This document shows positions 1 through 13,703 of a stretch of DNA of 64,000 nt, one piece after another. A program made the translations under genes and the position numbers. The DNA comes from Eledone cirrhosa (lineage: Eukaryota). The stretch spans positions 4,650,001-4,714,000 of the forward strand of contig OZ024744.1 of the NCBI GenBank assembly GCA_964016885.1. The letters are read 5' to 3'. The number at the start of each line of letters is the position of its first letter. Positions within the stretch are counted from its first letter, which is position 1. Below the pieces are notes generated by a model. That model did no database searches. It was not told the origin of the DNA and saw only the letters and a list, made by a program, of their open reading frames with translations.

Positions 1-33
1 GGTCCTGAAAGTTTTCATTTGTATAAACACATC

Positions 34-64
<31 letters not shown>

Positions 65-219
65 GGCAAGGACAGCGGGAGCTTGGTACTTTTTGTATTT
101 GGACCTGGTGTATATATCAGAGTATCAGAGATAATGAGTCTAATAACTGTTTCATGTAATTGTTATATTATTTGTATATATACATATAGGTTTACTATTA
201 TTTTGTTTATATTTTGTAG

Positions 220-267
220 CTGTCACTTCATGTTTGTCTCATCGAAGTTCTAATTTCATGACTAATT
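220..267 (+). CDS. Putative micro-exon A (48 nt, phase 1-1) of an uncharacterised multi-exon gene; xVTSCLSHRSSNFMTN
   Basis: Acceptor attttgtAG at 218-219 and donor GTAAGTtataatttaaa at 268. Length is divisible by 3. Only the phase-1 frame is open; the other two contain stops. Confidence 0.65.
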
Positions 268-593
268 GTAAGTTATAATTTAAAAATTATCTATTAATTA
301 TTCAGTAATTTATTTATGTTTATATCAGTAAATTTGTAACTAATTAATTCAGAAAAGAATATCACACTTACAAAATTTGATAGTAAATATATATTTACGG
401 AGCTAACCAACCGGGATCCTGGATCTTATAAATATAAATGGTAGGGTCAGCGGGAGTTCGGTATTTCTGTGTTCGGACCTGGTGTATATATCAGTATATC
501 AGAAATAATGAATCTAATAACTGTTTCCAGTATTTGTAATATTATAGGTATATATACATGTAGGTGTACTATTATTTTGCTTATAATTTCTAG

Positions 594-653
594 ATGGCAT
601 CTCACCTTTGTCACCTCGAAATACATCACTAATATTTAGACGAAATAAAAATT
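594..653 (+). CDS. Putative micro-exon B (60 nt, phase 1-1); xGISPLSPRNTSLIFRRNKN
   Basis: Acceptor aatttctAG at 592-593 and donor GTAAGTtataatttaaa at 654. Open in phase 1. Lies in a tandem copy of the exon A unit. Confidence 0.7.
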
Positions 654-801
654 GTAAGTTATAATTTAAATATTGTCTATTAACTTATTCAGTTATTTAT
701 TTAGGTTTTGATCAGTAAATTTATAACTACTTAATTCAGTCAAGAATATCACACTTTATATTATAAACTCCCTAACATAATCAAATATAAACATTTTATT
801 C

Positions 802-1800
802 ACCTCGATCCTCAGAGACCTTGGAATGAGGACAGAAGTAAAGATATACTTTTTCAGGCCATTATCAGAGTTAGCTAAGAAAGAATGACATTATATCTGG
901 TTCAAAAGAGAAGATGAATGTTGCACAAGATACATTGAGGTAGATGGAATTATCTCACAGATTAGTGTTCTCATCTTTAACAAAACTACATCCTACACTT
1001 CTTAACTCTTTCTGGTCTCCCTTCGTTGTTCATACTCCTCATACACGTATCCCCTAGATCAGGCAATACACTCAATATTTGGTTATACCACTATATATAT
1101 TTGTTCTTTAGAACCTGTGAAAACTACAATATATGTCTCATAATTCCAGACATCCCACATATGACTAGCTACACTTTACGGAAGCTTTAGATTCGTGGTA
1201 TACTTTTGCATTTAATTTTATCGAGTAACTGTTTGTGTTTTTCTCCATTGGTATTATTTTGTGCATGTGTATGTGTGTATGTGTGTATGTGTGTGTGTGT
1301 GTGCGTGTATGTGTGTGTGGGGGGGTTTGTGTGTGTGTGTAAGGTTCTGTATGAGCCCTGAGTGTGCGTGTTAAACATGTTATTGACCTCGATCCTCAGA
1401 GACCTTGGAATAAGTTCAAAAGCGAACATACACTTTTTCAGGGCATTATCAGAGTTAGCTAAGAAAGACTGACATTATATCTAGTTCAAAAGGGAAGATG
1501 AATGTTGCACTAGAAATATTGAGGTAGATGGAATTATCTCACAGATCACTGTTCTCATCTTTAACAAAATTTCATCGTACACTTCTTTTAATATTTCTGG
1601 TCTTCCATCACTGTTCATACACCTCATCCTCTTATCGATTAGATCAGCCATTACTGTAAATATTTGGTTATACCACTATACTTATTTGTTCTTTAGGACC
1701 AGTGGGAAACTACATTATTTGTCTCATAATCCCAGACACCCCACATATGACTAGCCACACTTTGCTCCTTTCGGAAGTTCCAGATTTGTGGTATACGTCA
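802..1800 (+). repeat. Direct duplication of ~400 bp of intronic sequence (802-1205 vs 1386-1797) separated by a (TG)n tract
   Basis: acctcgatcctcagagaccttggaat...ttatcagagttagctaagaaag...cccacatatgactagc occurs twice. Confidence 0.9.
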
Positions 1801-1947
1801 GCATGTTATTGACAGAACAAACTGTAGAAATGGTTCTAGCTGATTAAAAAAACGACAACTTTTCTACCACTTCTTCAACTTGACAACAAACTCTTCCCAA
1901 GAAACCCTTCTAGCTTTACTATTATTTTCTTCTGTATTTATTTCTAG

Positions 1948-2025
1948 TCACGAATGAAGAGTTATCTCCTCTAGAGCACTTTATCTCTGAGTCAGATATT
2001 CCAACATGTGGTAACTGGAAAAAAC
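1948..2025 (+). CDS. Putative micro-exon C (78 nt, phase 1-1); xTNEELSPLEHFISESDIPTCGNWKK
   Basis: Pyrimidine tract and tttctAG at 1946-1947; donor GTAAGTtatatttcaaa at 2026. Open in phase 1. Confidence 0.7.
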
Positions 2026-3050
2026 GTAAGTTATATTTCAAACATACTTTCTATTAGTCTGTTCAGTAATTAATACGTCAGTTTCAACATTAACATAAAA
2101 ACGACATTCTCATGTACATTGTGTGTCATATAACGTTATTGTGTATGTGTATCTGTGTGTGGGCGGGGGGGGGGGTATCTGTGTGGGTTCATTTGAATGA
2201 AAATAAAATCGTGCTTGGTTAAGACCATACAAAATGTATTAAGAAAATATGAAGACTGCGGGAAAATGGACATAATGCAGGACAGTCCCTTCCCATCAAG
2301 GAACCTCTGAAGTTCCTTGGTATTTCGATGCATTAAGATCGATTACATTAGCTCCAGTGCACTTAGGACAGTATGAAATGGAGACAAGTTATGACGATTT
2401 GTCTTTCGACTATTTACAAATAAAATATAAATTTTTACAAATCAATATATTGCAACTGACAGTAAGAGTTGGATATGGAATAAGAGTTGGATACAAAGTC
2501 AAACATATCAGCCTAGACTAGAATGTATGTACAGAAGGGGATGTGAGACAGAGAAGGTAGAAGAGACATATTGATATTAGTCCTAAATAGACAGATACAT
2601 CGAACAGGGAGACAGTGAAGTAGAGATCAAATAACTCAGGTGGTGTAAAGTTTCTCTTTCTCACTTCACTTTCCGTGCATACTTTCTCTTCTAGGTTAAT
2701 ATGTTGAACTTATTATCTCTTCTTTTCAGTTGAAATATATTGATCTGTAGCAGATTTTATTAGCTTTGTAAATAGTCGAAAAACTAAGCGTCTTGTCTTG
2801 ACTCCATTTGTAACTGTCCTAAGTGCACTGGAGTTAGTGAGCCGAAATCACAAGGATCTCAAAAAGTCAACTAATGAGACCTGTCCTGTGTTTTATCTGT
2901 TTTTTCCATTTTTCCGTTGTCATCGCCCACATATATTGTATATATATAATCTCTTTTACTCTTTTAACTGTACCAGCCATCCGGCTGAGGCCATTATATA
3001 TATATATATACATGTCAGTTTACTATTATTTTCTTGGTTATGTTTTCCAG

Positions 3051-3107
3051 ATAAACCTTTGATAGAAAATGCTAAGATACAGACATGTAGGTCTGCCTTT
3101 TCAAAGT
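3051..3107 (+). CDS. Putative micro-exon D (57 nt, phase 1-1); xKPLIENAKIQTCRSAFSK
   Basis: Acceptor gttttccAG at 3049-3050 and donor GTAAGTtataatttaga at 3108. Open in phase 1. Confidence 0.7.
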
Positions 3108-3279
3108 GTAAGTTATAATTTAGACACTATCTGCATGTTTCTATATATGGAAGTCTATATCTCGTGTGTGGTGGAACTGATGAATAAAATAAGGTGGATA
3201 AACCCATGTGTGGAGAAACGTTGGTGTTATTGTTGTGCTGATGTATATATGTGAGCCTTGCGAAAACTGATGGTATGTC

Positions 3280-6200
3280 GGAAGAATGACAACAGAAAGT
3301 CCATCATTATCTACGTAAGTTTTTGACTCTGTGCACATAGGAAGGATGATAAAAATTCTAACTACTTAAGATACCCAACAAAGATTACTTGGAGCAATTA
3401 GTAAAATGTACGAAGGCACCAGAGCAAGAGTTATTAGTCCTGATGGTGAAATCAACTATTTTGAAACAGTTGTGGGAACCCTGAATGCGACACTATAGCC
3501 CTTTCTTTTTACAATTGTTTTGGACTAGGGGATGTGCAAGACATACGATGACAGAGAAATAGAGCTTAGCTTTACACTATAAGATAAATAAGCAGAAGAC
3601 ATTCTACAATTACGGTTACAGATCTAGACCTTGCAGACGATCTGGCCCTGCTTACTGAAGAGATAGATTAGGCACAAGAGGTACTAAGCAAATTAGAGCG
3701 GGAGCCAGCGAAGATTGGATTGCATTACAATAGGATGGAAACAGAGTTCCAAGTCTTCAGTCATGATGTACCTGTTGATATCACAGTAAAATGGGGAGAA
3801 ACATTGAATGTTGTTGAAAACTTTAAATATTTAGGATCCTGAACACAGATTTCTGAAAAAAGAATTTTCAGTAGAAAAGCGCTGGTGTGTACAGCGTAAA
3901 ATGATATGGAGCTCCAAGCTAGCAAGAAGACTGGAGGTTACAGTGTTCATGGCTACAGTAGGACACTTAGAAATGCCTTAAAATATAATTTGATAGATGC
4001 TACACCAGAATGGTCAGAATGACACTCAATGGGTTTGGTAACAAATATAGAATTTTATGATGATCTTCCAAAAGGTTCATTAAAAGTTCAACAAAGAAAG
4101 ATGTCACTCACAGGCCACTGTATCAGACACAGGGATGTGGTGGTACACAACTCAGTACTCCGGTAGTATACTGAAGGAAGAAACTGTAGAGGAAAGATGT
4201 CACTCGCAAGCCACTGTATCAGACACAGTGATGGGGTGGTACACAACTCAGTAATCTGGTAATACACTGAGGGAAGAACTTGTAGAGGAAGGATGTTACT
4301 CACAGGCCACTGTATCAGACACAGTGATGTGGTGGTACACAACTCAGTATTTTGGTAATATACTGAAGGAAGAACTTGTAGATGAAGGATGTCACTCACA
4401 GGCCACTGTATCAGACACAGTGATGGGGTGATACACAACTCAGTACTCTGGTAATATACTGAAGGAAGAACCTGTAGATGAAGGATGTGACTCACAGGCC
4501 ACTGTATCAGACACAGTGATGGGGTGGTACACAACTCATTACTCTGGTAATATACTGAAGGAAGAACATGTAGAGGAAGGATGTCACTCACAGGTCACTA
4601 ACAGACACAATGATGGGGTGGTACACAACTCAGTACTTTGGTAATATACTGAAGGAAGAACATGTAGATGAAGGATGTCACTAACAGGCGAATATATCAA
4701 ACACAGTGATGGGGTGGTACACAACTCAGTACTCTGGTAATATACTGAAGGAATAACTTGTAGAGGAAGGATGTCACTCACAGGCCACTGTATCAGACAC
4801 AGTGATGGGGTGGTACACAACAGAGTACTCTGGTAATATACTGAATGAATAACTTGTAGATGAAGGATGCCACTCACAGGCCACAGTATCAGACACAGTG
4901 ATGGGGTGGTACACAACTCAGTACTCTGGTAATATACTGAGGGATGAACCTGTAGAGGAAGGATGCCACTCACAGGCCACTGTATCAGACACAGTGATGG
5001 GGTGGTACACAACTCAGTACTCTGGTAATATACTGAGGGAAGAACCTGTAGAGGAAGGATGTCACTCACAGGCCACTGTATCAGACACAGTGATGTGGTG
5101 GTACACGTCTCAGTACTCTGGTAATATACTGAGGGAAGAACCTGTAAAGGAAGGATGTTACTCACATGCCACTGTATCAGACACAGTGATGGGGTGGTAC
5201 ACAACTCAGTACTCTGGTAATATACTGAGGGATGAACCTGTAGAGGAAGGATGCCACTCAGAGGCCACTGTATCAGACACAGTGATGGGGTGGTACACAA
5301 CTCAGTACTCTGGTAATATACTGAGGGATGAACCTGTAGAGGAAGGATGCCACTCACAGGCCACTGTATCAGACACAGTGATGTGGTGGTACACGTCTCA
5401 GTACTCTGGTAATATACTGAAGGAATAACTTGTAGAGGAAGGATGTTACTCACATGCCACTGTATCAGACACAGTGATGGGGTGGTACACAACTCAGTGT
5501 CCTGGTAATATACTGAGGGAAGAACCTGTAGAGGAAGGATGTCACTAACAGCCCACTGTATCAGACACAGTGATGTGGTGGTACACAACTCAGTGCTCTG
5601 GTAATATACTGAGGGAAGAACCTGTAGAGGAAGGATGTCACTCACAGCCCACTGTATCAGACACAGTGATGGGGTGGTACACAACTCAGTACTCCGGTAA
5701 TATACTGAGGGAAGAATTGTAGAGAAAGTATGTCACTCACAGGCCACTGTATCAGACACAGTGATGTGGTGGTACACAAATCAGTACCCTGGTAATATAC
5801 TGAAGGAAGAACCTGTAGAGGAAGGATGTAACTCACAGGTCACTAACAGACACAGTGATGTGGTGGTACACAACTCAGTACTCTGGTAATATACTGAATG
5901 AGGAACTTGTAGATGAAGGATGTCACTCACAGGCCACTGTATCAGGAAACGGTGATGTGGTGGTACACAACACAGTACTCGGGTAATATACTGAATGAGG
6001 AACTTGTAGATGAAGTATGTCACTCACAGGCCACTGTATCAGACACAGTGATGTGGTGGTACACAATTCAGTACTCTGGTAATATACTGAATGAGGAACC
6101 TGTAGAGGAAGGATGTCACTCACAGGGCACTGTATCAGACACAGTGATTTGGTGGTACACAATTCAGTACTCTGGTAATATACTGAATGAGGAACCTGTA

Positions 6201-9200
6201 GAGGAAGGATGTCACTCACAGGCTACAGTATAACACACAGTGATGTGGTGTTACACAACTCAGTACTCTGGTAATATACTCAAGGAAGAACCTGTGGAGG
6301 AATTATGTCACTCACAGGCCACTATGAGTCACAATGATGGGGTGGTACACAACTCAGAACTCTGGTAATATACTGAAGGAAGAATCTGTAGAGGAAGTAT
6401 GTCACTCACAGTCACTGTATCAGACGCAGTTATGGGGTGGTACACAACTCAGTACTCTGGTAATGTAAAGAGAGAAGAACTTGTAAAGGAAGTATGTCAC
6501 TCACGGCCACTGTATCAGACACAGTGATGGGGTGGTACACAACTCAGTACTCTGGTAATATACTGCAGGAAGAACATGTAGAGGAAGGATATCACTCACA
6601 GGCCACTGTATCAGACACAGTGATGTGGTGGTACACAACTCAGTACTCTGGTAATATACTAAAGGAAGAACCTGTAGAGGAAGGATATCGATCACAGGCC
6701 ACTGTATCAGACACAGTGATGGAGTGGTATACAACTCAGTACTCTGGTAATATAGTGAAGGAAGAACCTGTAGAGGAAGTATGTCACTCACAGGCCACTA
6801 TCAGACACAGTGATGGGGTGGTACACAACTCAGTACTCTGGTAATATACTGAGGAAAGAACATGTAGCGGAAGGTTGTCACTCACAGGCCACTGTATAAG
6901 ACACAGTGATAGGGTGGTACACAATTTAATACTCTGGTAATATATTGAAGGAAGAACCTGTAGAGGAAGGATGTGACTCACAGGCCACTGTATCAGACAC
7001 AGTGATGGGGTGGTACACTACTCAGTACTCTGGTAATATACTGAAGGATGAACATGTAGAGGAGGGTTGTCACTCACAGGCCACTGTATCAGACACAGTG
7101 ATGTGGTGGTACACAACTCAGTACTCTGGTAATATACTGAAGGAAGAACCTGTAGAGGAAGGATGTCACTCACAGGTCACTATCAGACACAGTGATGGGA
7201 TGGTACACAACTCAGTACTCTGGTAATATGCTGAAGGAATAACCTGTAGAGAAAGCTTGTCACTCACAGGCCACTGTATCAGACACAATGATGTGGTGGT
7301 ACACAACTAAGTACTCGGGTAATATACTGAAGGAAGAACCTGTAGACGAAGGATGTAACTCACAGGTCACTAACAGACACAATGATGGGGTGCTACACAA
7401 CTCAGTACTTTGGTAATATACTGAAGGAAGAACATGTAGATGAAGGATATCACTAACAGGCGAATATATCAAACACAGTGATGGGGTGGTACACAACAGA
7501 GTACTCTGGTAATATACTAAAGGAATAACTTGTAGATGAAGCATGTCACTCACATGACAAAGTATCAGACACAGTGATGGGGTGGTACACAACTCAGTAC
7601 TCTGGTCATATACTGAAGGAAGAAAATTAGAGGAAGGATGTCACTCACAGGCCACTGTATCAGACACAGTGATGTGGTGGTACACAATTCAGTACTATGG
7701 TACTATACTGAAGGAAGAACCTGTAGAGGAGGGATGCCACTCAGAGGCCACTGTATCAGACACAGTGATGGGGTGGTACACAACTCAGTACTCTGGTAAT
7801 ATACTGAAGGAAGAATCTGTAGAGGATGTATGTCACTTACAAGCCACCGTATCAGACACAGTGATGTGGTGGTACACAACTCAGTATTTTGGTAATATAC
7901 TGAGGGAAGAACTTATAGAGGAAGGATGTTACTCACAGGCCACTGTATCAGCCACAGTGATGTGGTGGTACTCAATTCAGTACTATGGTAATATCCTGAA
8001 GGAAGAACCTGTAGAGGAAGGATGCCACTCACAGGCCACTGTATCAGACACAATGATGGGGTGGTACACAACTCAGTCCTCTGGTAATATACTGAAGGTA
8101 GAACCTGTAGAGGAAGGTTGTTACTCACAGGCCACTGTATCTGACACAGTGATGTGGTCGTACACAACTCAGTACTCTGGTAATATACTAAAGGAAGAAC
8201 CTGTAGAGGAAGGATATCACTCACAGGCCACTGTATCAGACACAGTGATGTGGTCGTACAAAACTCAGTACTCTGGTAATATACTAAAGGAAGAACCTGT
8301 AGAGGAAGGATATCACTCACAGGCCACTGTATCAGACACAGTGATGGAGTGGTATACAACTCAGTACTCTGGTAATATAGTGAAGGAAGAACCTGTAGAG
8401 GAAGTATGTCACTTACAGGCCACTATCAGACACAGTGATGGGGTGGTACACAACTCAGTACTCTGGTAATATGCTGAGGGAAGAACATGTAGCGGAAGGT
8501 TGTCACTCACAGGCCACTGTATCAGACACAGTGATAGGGTGGTACACAATTTAAGACTCTGGTAATATATTGAAGGAAGAACCTGTAGAGGAAGGTTGTC
8601 ACTCACAGGCCACTGTATCAGACACAGTGATAGGATGGTACACAATTTAATACTCTGGTAATATATGGAATGAAGAACCTGTAGAGGAAGGATGCCACTC
8701 ACAGTCCACTGTATCAGACACAGTGATAGGGTGGTACACAATTTAATAATCTGGTAATATATGGAATGAAGAACCTGTAGAGGAAGGATGCCACTCACAG
8801 TCCACTGTATCAGACACAGTGATGTGGTGGTACACAACTCAGTACTCTGGTAATATACTGAAGGAAGAACCTGTAGAGGAAGGATGTCACTCACAGGTCA
8901 CTATCAGACACAGTGATGGGATGGTACACAAATCAGTACTCTGGTAATATACTGAAGGAAGAATCTTAGAGGAAGGATGTCACTCACAGGCCACTGTATC
9001 AGACACATTGATGGGGTGTTACACAACTCAGTTCTCTGGTAAGATACTGAAGGAAGAACATGTAGATGAAGGATGTCACTAACAGGCCACTGTATCAGAC
9101 ACAGTGATGGGGTGGTACACAACTCAGTACTCTGATAATATACAGAGGGAAGAACATGTAGAGGAAGGTTGTCACTCACAAGCCACTGTATCAGACACAG

Positions 9201-12200
9201 TGATGTGGTGGTACACAACTCAGTACTCTGGTAATATACTGAAGGAAGAATATGTAGAGGAAGGATTTTACTCACAGGCCACTGTATCAGACACAGTGAT
9301 GGAGTGGTACACAACTCATACTCTGGTAATATACTGAGGGAAGAACATGTAGAGGAAGGTTGTCACTCAATGGTCACTATCAGACACAGTGATGGAGTGA
9401 TACACAACTCAGTACTCTGGTAATATACTAAACGAAGAACCTATAGAGGAAGGATTTCACTCACAGGCCAATGTATCAAACACAGTGATGGGGTGGTACA
9501 CAACTCAGTACTCTGGTAATATACTGAAGGAAGAATCTTAGAGGAAGGATGTCACTCACAGACCACTGTATCAGATACATTGATGTGGTGGTATACAACT
9601 CAGTACAATGGTAATATACTGAAGGAAGAACCTGTAGAGGAAGTATGTCACTCACAGGCCACTGTATCAGACGCAGTTATGGGCGGGGGGGGGGGTACAC
9701 AACTCAGTACTCTGGTAATGTAAAGAGGGAAGAACTTGTACAGGAAGTATGTCACTCACGGGCCACTGTATCAGACACAGTGATGGGGTGGTACACAACT
9801 CAGTACTCTGGTAATATACTGCAGGAAGAACATGTAGAGGAAGGATATCACTCACAGGCCACTGTATCAGACACATTGATGGGGTGGTATACAACTCAGT
9901 ACTATGGTAATATACTGAAGGAAGAACATGTAGAGGAAGGATGTCACTCACAGGCCACTCTATCAGACACAGTAATGTGGTGGTACACAACTCAGTACTC
10001 TGGTAATATACTGAAGGATGAACCTGTAGAGGAAGGATGTCACTCACAGGCCACTGAATCAGACACAGTGATGGGGTGGTACACAACTCAGTACTCTGGT
10101 AATATACTGAAGGAAGAATTTGTAGAGGAAGGATTTTACTCACAGGTCACTGTATCAGACACAGTGATGGAATGGTACACAACTCATACTCTGGTAATAT
10201 ACTGAGGGAAGAACATGTAGAGGAAGGTTGTCACTCAATGGTCACTATCAGACACAGTGATGGAGTGATACACAACTCAATACTCTGGTAATATACTAAA
10301 GGAAGAACCTATAGAGGAAGGATATCACTCACAGGCCAATGTATCAAACACAGTGATGGGGTGGTACACAACTCAGTACTCTGGTAATATACTGAAGGAA
10401 GAACATGTAGAGGAAGGATGTCACTCACAGTAAACTGTATCAGACACATTGATGTGGTGGTATACAAGTCAGTACTATCGTAATATACTGAAGGAAGAAC
10501 CTGTAGAGAAAGAATGTCACTCACAGGCCACTGTATCAGACGCAGTTATGGGCGGGGGGGGGGTACACAACTCAGTACTCTGGTAATGTAAAGAGGGAAG
10601 AATTGTACAGGAAGTATGTCACTCACGGGCCACTGTATCAAACACAGTGATGGGGTGGTACACAATTCAGTACTCTGGTAATATACTGCAGGAAGAACAT
10701 GTAGAGGAAGGATATCACTCACAGGCCACTGTATCAGACACAGTGATGGCGTGGTATACAACTCAGTACTATGGTAATATACTGAAGGAAGAAACTGTAG
10801 AGGAAGTATGTCACTCACAGGCCACATTCAGACAATGTGATGGAGTGGTACACAACTCATACTCTGGTAATATACTGAGGGAAGAACATGTAGGGGAAGG
10901 TTGTCACTCACAGGCCACTGTACCAGACACAGTGATAGGGTGGTACACAATTTAATACTCTGGTAATATACTGAAGGAAGAACCTGTAGAGGAAGGATGT
11001 CACTCACAGGCCACTCTATCAGACGCAGTGATGTGGTGGTACACAACTCAGTACTCTGGTATTATACTGAAGGAAGAACCTGATGAGGAAGGATGTCACT
11101 CAAAGGTCACTATCACACACAGTGATGTAGTGATACACAACTCAGTACTCTGGTAATATACTAAAGGAAGAACCTATAGAGGAAGAATGTCACTCACAGG
11201 CCAATGTATCAAACACAGTGATGGGGTGGTACACAACTCAGTACTCTGGTAATATACTGAAGGAAGAATCTTAGAGGAAGGATGTCACTCACAGGCCACT
11301 GTATCAGACACAGTGATGTGGTGGTACACAACTCAGTTCTCTGGTAAGATAATGAAGGAAGAACATGTAGATGAAGGATGTCACTAACAGGCTACTGTAT
11401 CAGACACAGTGATGGGGTGGTACACAACTCAGTACTCTGATAATATACAGAGGGAAGAACCTGTAGAGGAAGGTTGTCACTCACAGGCCACTGTATCAGA
11501 CGCAGTTATGAGGCCGGGTGTACAGGACTCAGTACTCTGGTAATGTAAAGAGGGAAGAACTTGTACAGGAAGTATGTCACTCACGAGCCACTGTATCAGA
11601 CACAGTGATGGGGTGGTACACAACTCAGTACTCTGGTAATATACTGCAGGAAGAACATGTAGAAGAAGGATGTCACTCACAGGCCACCGTATCAGACACA
11701 GTGATGTGGTCGTACACAACTCAGTACTCTGGTAATATACAGACGGAAGAACCTGTAGAGGAAGGATGTCACTCACAGGCCACTGTATCAGACACAGTGA
11801 TGGGGTGGTACACAACTCAGTACTCTGGTAATATACTAAAGGAAGAACCTGTAGCGGAAGGATGTGACTCACAGGCCACTGTATCAGACACAGTGATGGA
11901 GTGGTACACAACTCATACTCTGGTAATATACTGAGGGAAGAACATGTAGAGGAAGGTTGTCACTCACAGGCCACTGTATCAGACACAGTGATAGGGTGGT
12001 ACACAATTTAATACTCTGGTAATATGCTGAAGGAAGAACCGGTAGAAGAAGGATGTCACTCACAGGCCACTCTATCAGACGCAGTGATGGGGTGGTACAC
12101 AACTCAGTACTCCGGTAATATACTGAAGGAAGAACTTGTAGATGAAGGATGTCACTCACAGGCCATTGTATCAGACACATTTATGTGGTGGTACACAACT

Positions 12201-12460
12201 CAGTACTCTGGTAATATACTGAAGGAAGAACCTTTAGAGGAAGGATGTCACACGCAGGCCACTGTATCAGACACAGTGATGGGGTGGTACACCACTCAGT
12301 ACTCTGGTAATATACTGAAGGAAAAACCCTTCTCGAAAATGAAAATGACCTACGTGGTCACTTTGGTAGAAGACTGATAGATGTAGATAGTAGAGGAGGT
12401 CAAGACAATCATAAATGACCTTGTGGAATAGAGGGAAGTGTGGAATCAGTGGAGCATCCC
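3280..12460 (+). mobile_element. Degenerate RTE-type LINE (RT 3' half), split by an internally derived 96-bp satellite
   Basis: Translations FDSVH, MYEGTRARVISPDGE, TDLDLADDLALL, VENFKYLGS and DDLPKGSLKVQQRKM up to ~4100. The element resumes after the array as KMTYVVTLVED..EEVKTI at ~12340. Multiple stops and frameshifts. Confidence 0.8.
4096..12322. repeat. 96-bp tandem satellite, about 86 copies
   Basis: Consensus aggccactgtatcagacacagtgatggggtggtacacaactcagtactctggtaatatactgaaggaagaacctgtagaggaaggatgtcactcac. It explains all the 32-aa periodic ORFs in the track. Confidence 0.98.
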
Positions 12461-12593
12461 ACTGGTTGGCGGAGTATAGGATAAGATATGTATATATGTG
12501 TGTGGTGGATGGTACACAACGTTGTCGTATAAGTGTGGGTGTGTGCAACCATAAATGCAGCTTCTAGGGGCAGTTGTGATGATTATAGAAAAT

Positions 12594-13071
<478 letters not shown>

Positions 13072-13074
13072 AGA

Positions 13075-13250
13075 TAATAATAACTTCAAAAATCATGCTT
13101 GATGGGAACAGCAAGAACCCTGCGATATGTCCTGAATGTCTGAGTATGCAGGTAGCGGCTTGATATTCATTTCAACAAACTTTCCAGTTAAATAACATTA
13201 ATGACTGAGACTCAAAGAATAATAATAATGATAATGATAATAATAATAAT
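13075..13250 (+). mobile_element. 3' end of an R4/Dong-like (RLE) non-LTR retrotransposon
   Basis: Translation LQKSCLMGTARTLRYVLNV* resembles the QK...LGTARILRKVL C-terminus of this clade. A short UTR and an (AAT)n tail follow. Confidence 0.6.
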
Positions 13251-13520
13251 GTTTCCTTTATTAACCACAAGGGTTGACACAAAATATAACATTAAGGACA
13301 GCACAGGACGGTGCAAATGGGCATTTCCGCGTGTAAAGAAAATAAAACAAAGGAACTGACAAAAAAAGGAAACAAAAGAAAATTTCCCAATAGGAGGGAG
13401 ATTTCCGAGGGACACTCGCGGAGAAAGCCCATTAAAAAAGCGACAGAGGGACACTCGAGGAGAAAGCCCATTAAAAAAGCGACAGTGGCGCGTGTTTCGT
13501 TATTGGTTAGCTCAAGGTTC
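13251..13520 (-). mobile_element. Probable retroelement 3' tail with a ~39-bp internal tandem duplication
   Basis: The minus strand ends ...cccttgtggttaataaaggaaac followed by (ATT)n. gagggacactcg(c/a)ggagaaagcccattaaaaaagcgaca is repeated twice at 13407-13485. Confidence 0.4.
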
Positions 13521-13640
13521 GATCTATATCGATCTAGCCAAACTGTGGAATCAAAAGATCGTCGAACCTGTCTGTTGGTAAGGACTATATACATATATAT
13601 GTGTGTGTACGGTTGCTATTATATTGTTTATTTCTTCCAG

Positions 13641-13703
13641 ACAAGCTTTACAGAGAGCCTGCTACTTATGAGTCACTCAAGTATAAAGATATTTTTATGA
13701 ATC
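13641..13703 (+). CDS. Putative micro-exon E (63 nt, phase 1-1); xKLYREPATYESLKYKDIFMN
   Basis: Acceptor tttcttccAG at 13639-13640 and donor GTAAGTtataatttaaa at 13704, followed by the conserved intronic block. Open in phase 1. Confidence 0.72.

Larger units (their letters stand above)
61..760 (+). repeat. Tandem duplication (~380 bp period) of an intron-exon-intron unit containing exons A and B
   Basis: 61-370 aligns with 436-758 (cagcgggag...ggacctggtgtatatatcag...aagaatatcacactt). Intronic flanks are about 85% identical by eye. Confidence 0.9.

Noticed and set aside
859-939. Possible extra exon (tttttcAG ... GAG|GTAGAT) in the duplicated intronic block
   Set aside because: Stops in all three frames, and it lacks the family donor.
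3315-3320. GTAAGT here and at 22500 as further family donors
   Set aside because: The first lies within the LINE remnant, and the second is only 34 nt from the next acceptor. Neither has the TATAATTTAAA extension or a matching upstream 3n exon.
4088-12377. Long 32-aa-repeat ORFs on both strands as a real repetitive protein gene, or the array as a CRISPR
   Set aside because: The unit derives from a LINE RT in another frame and the ORFs are broken by random indels. There are no unique spacers or cas genes, and the context is eukaryotic.
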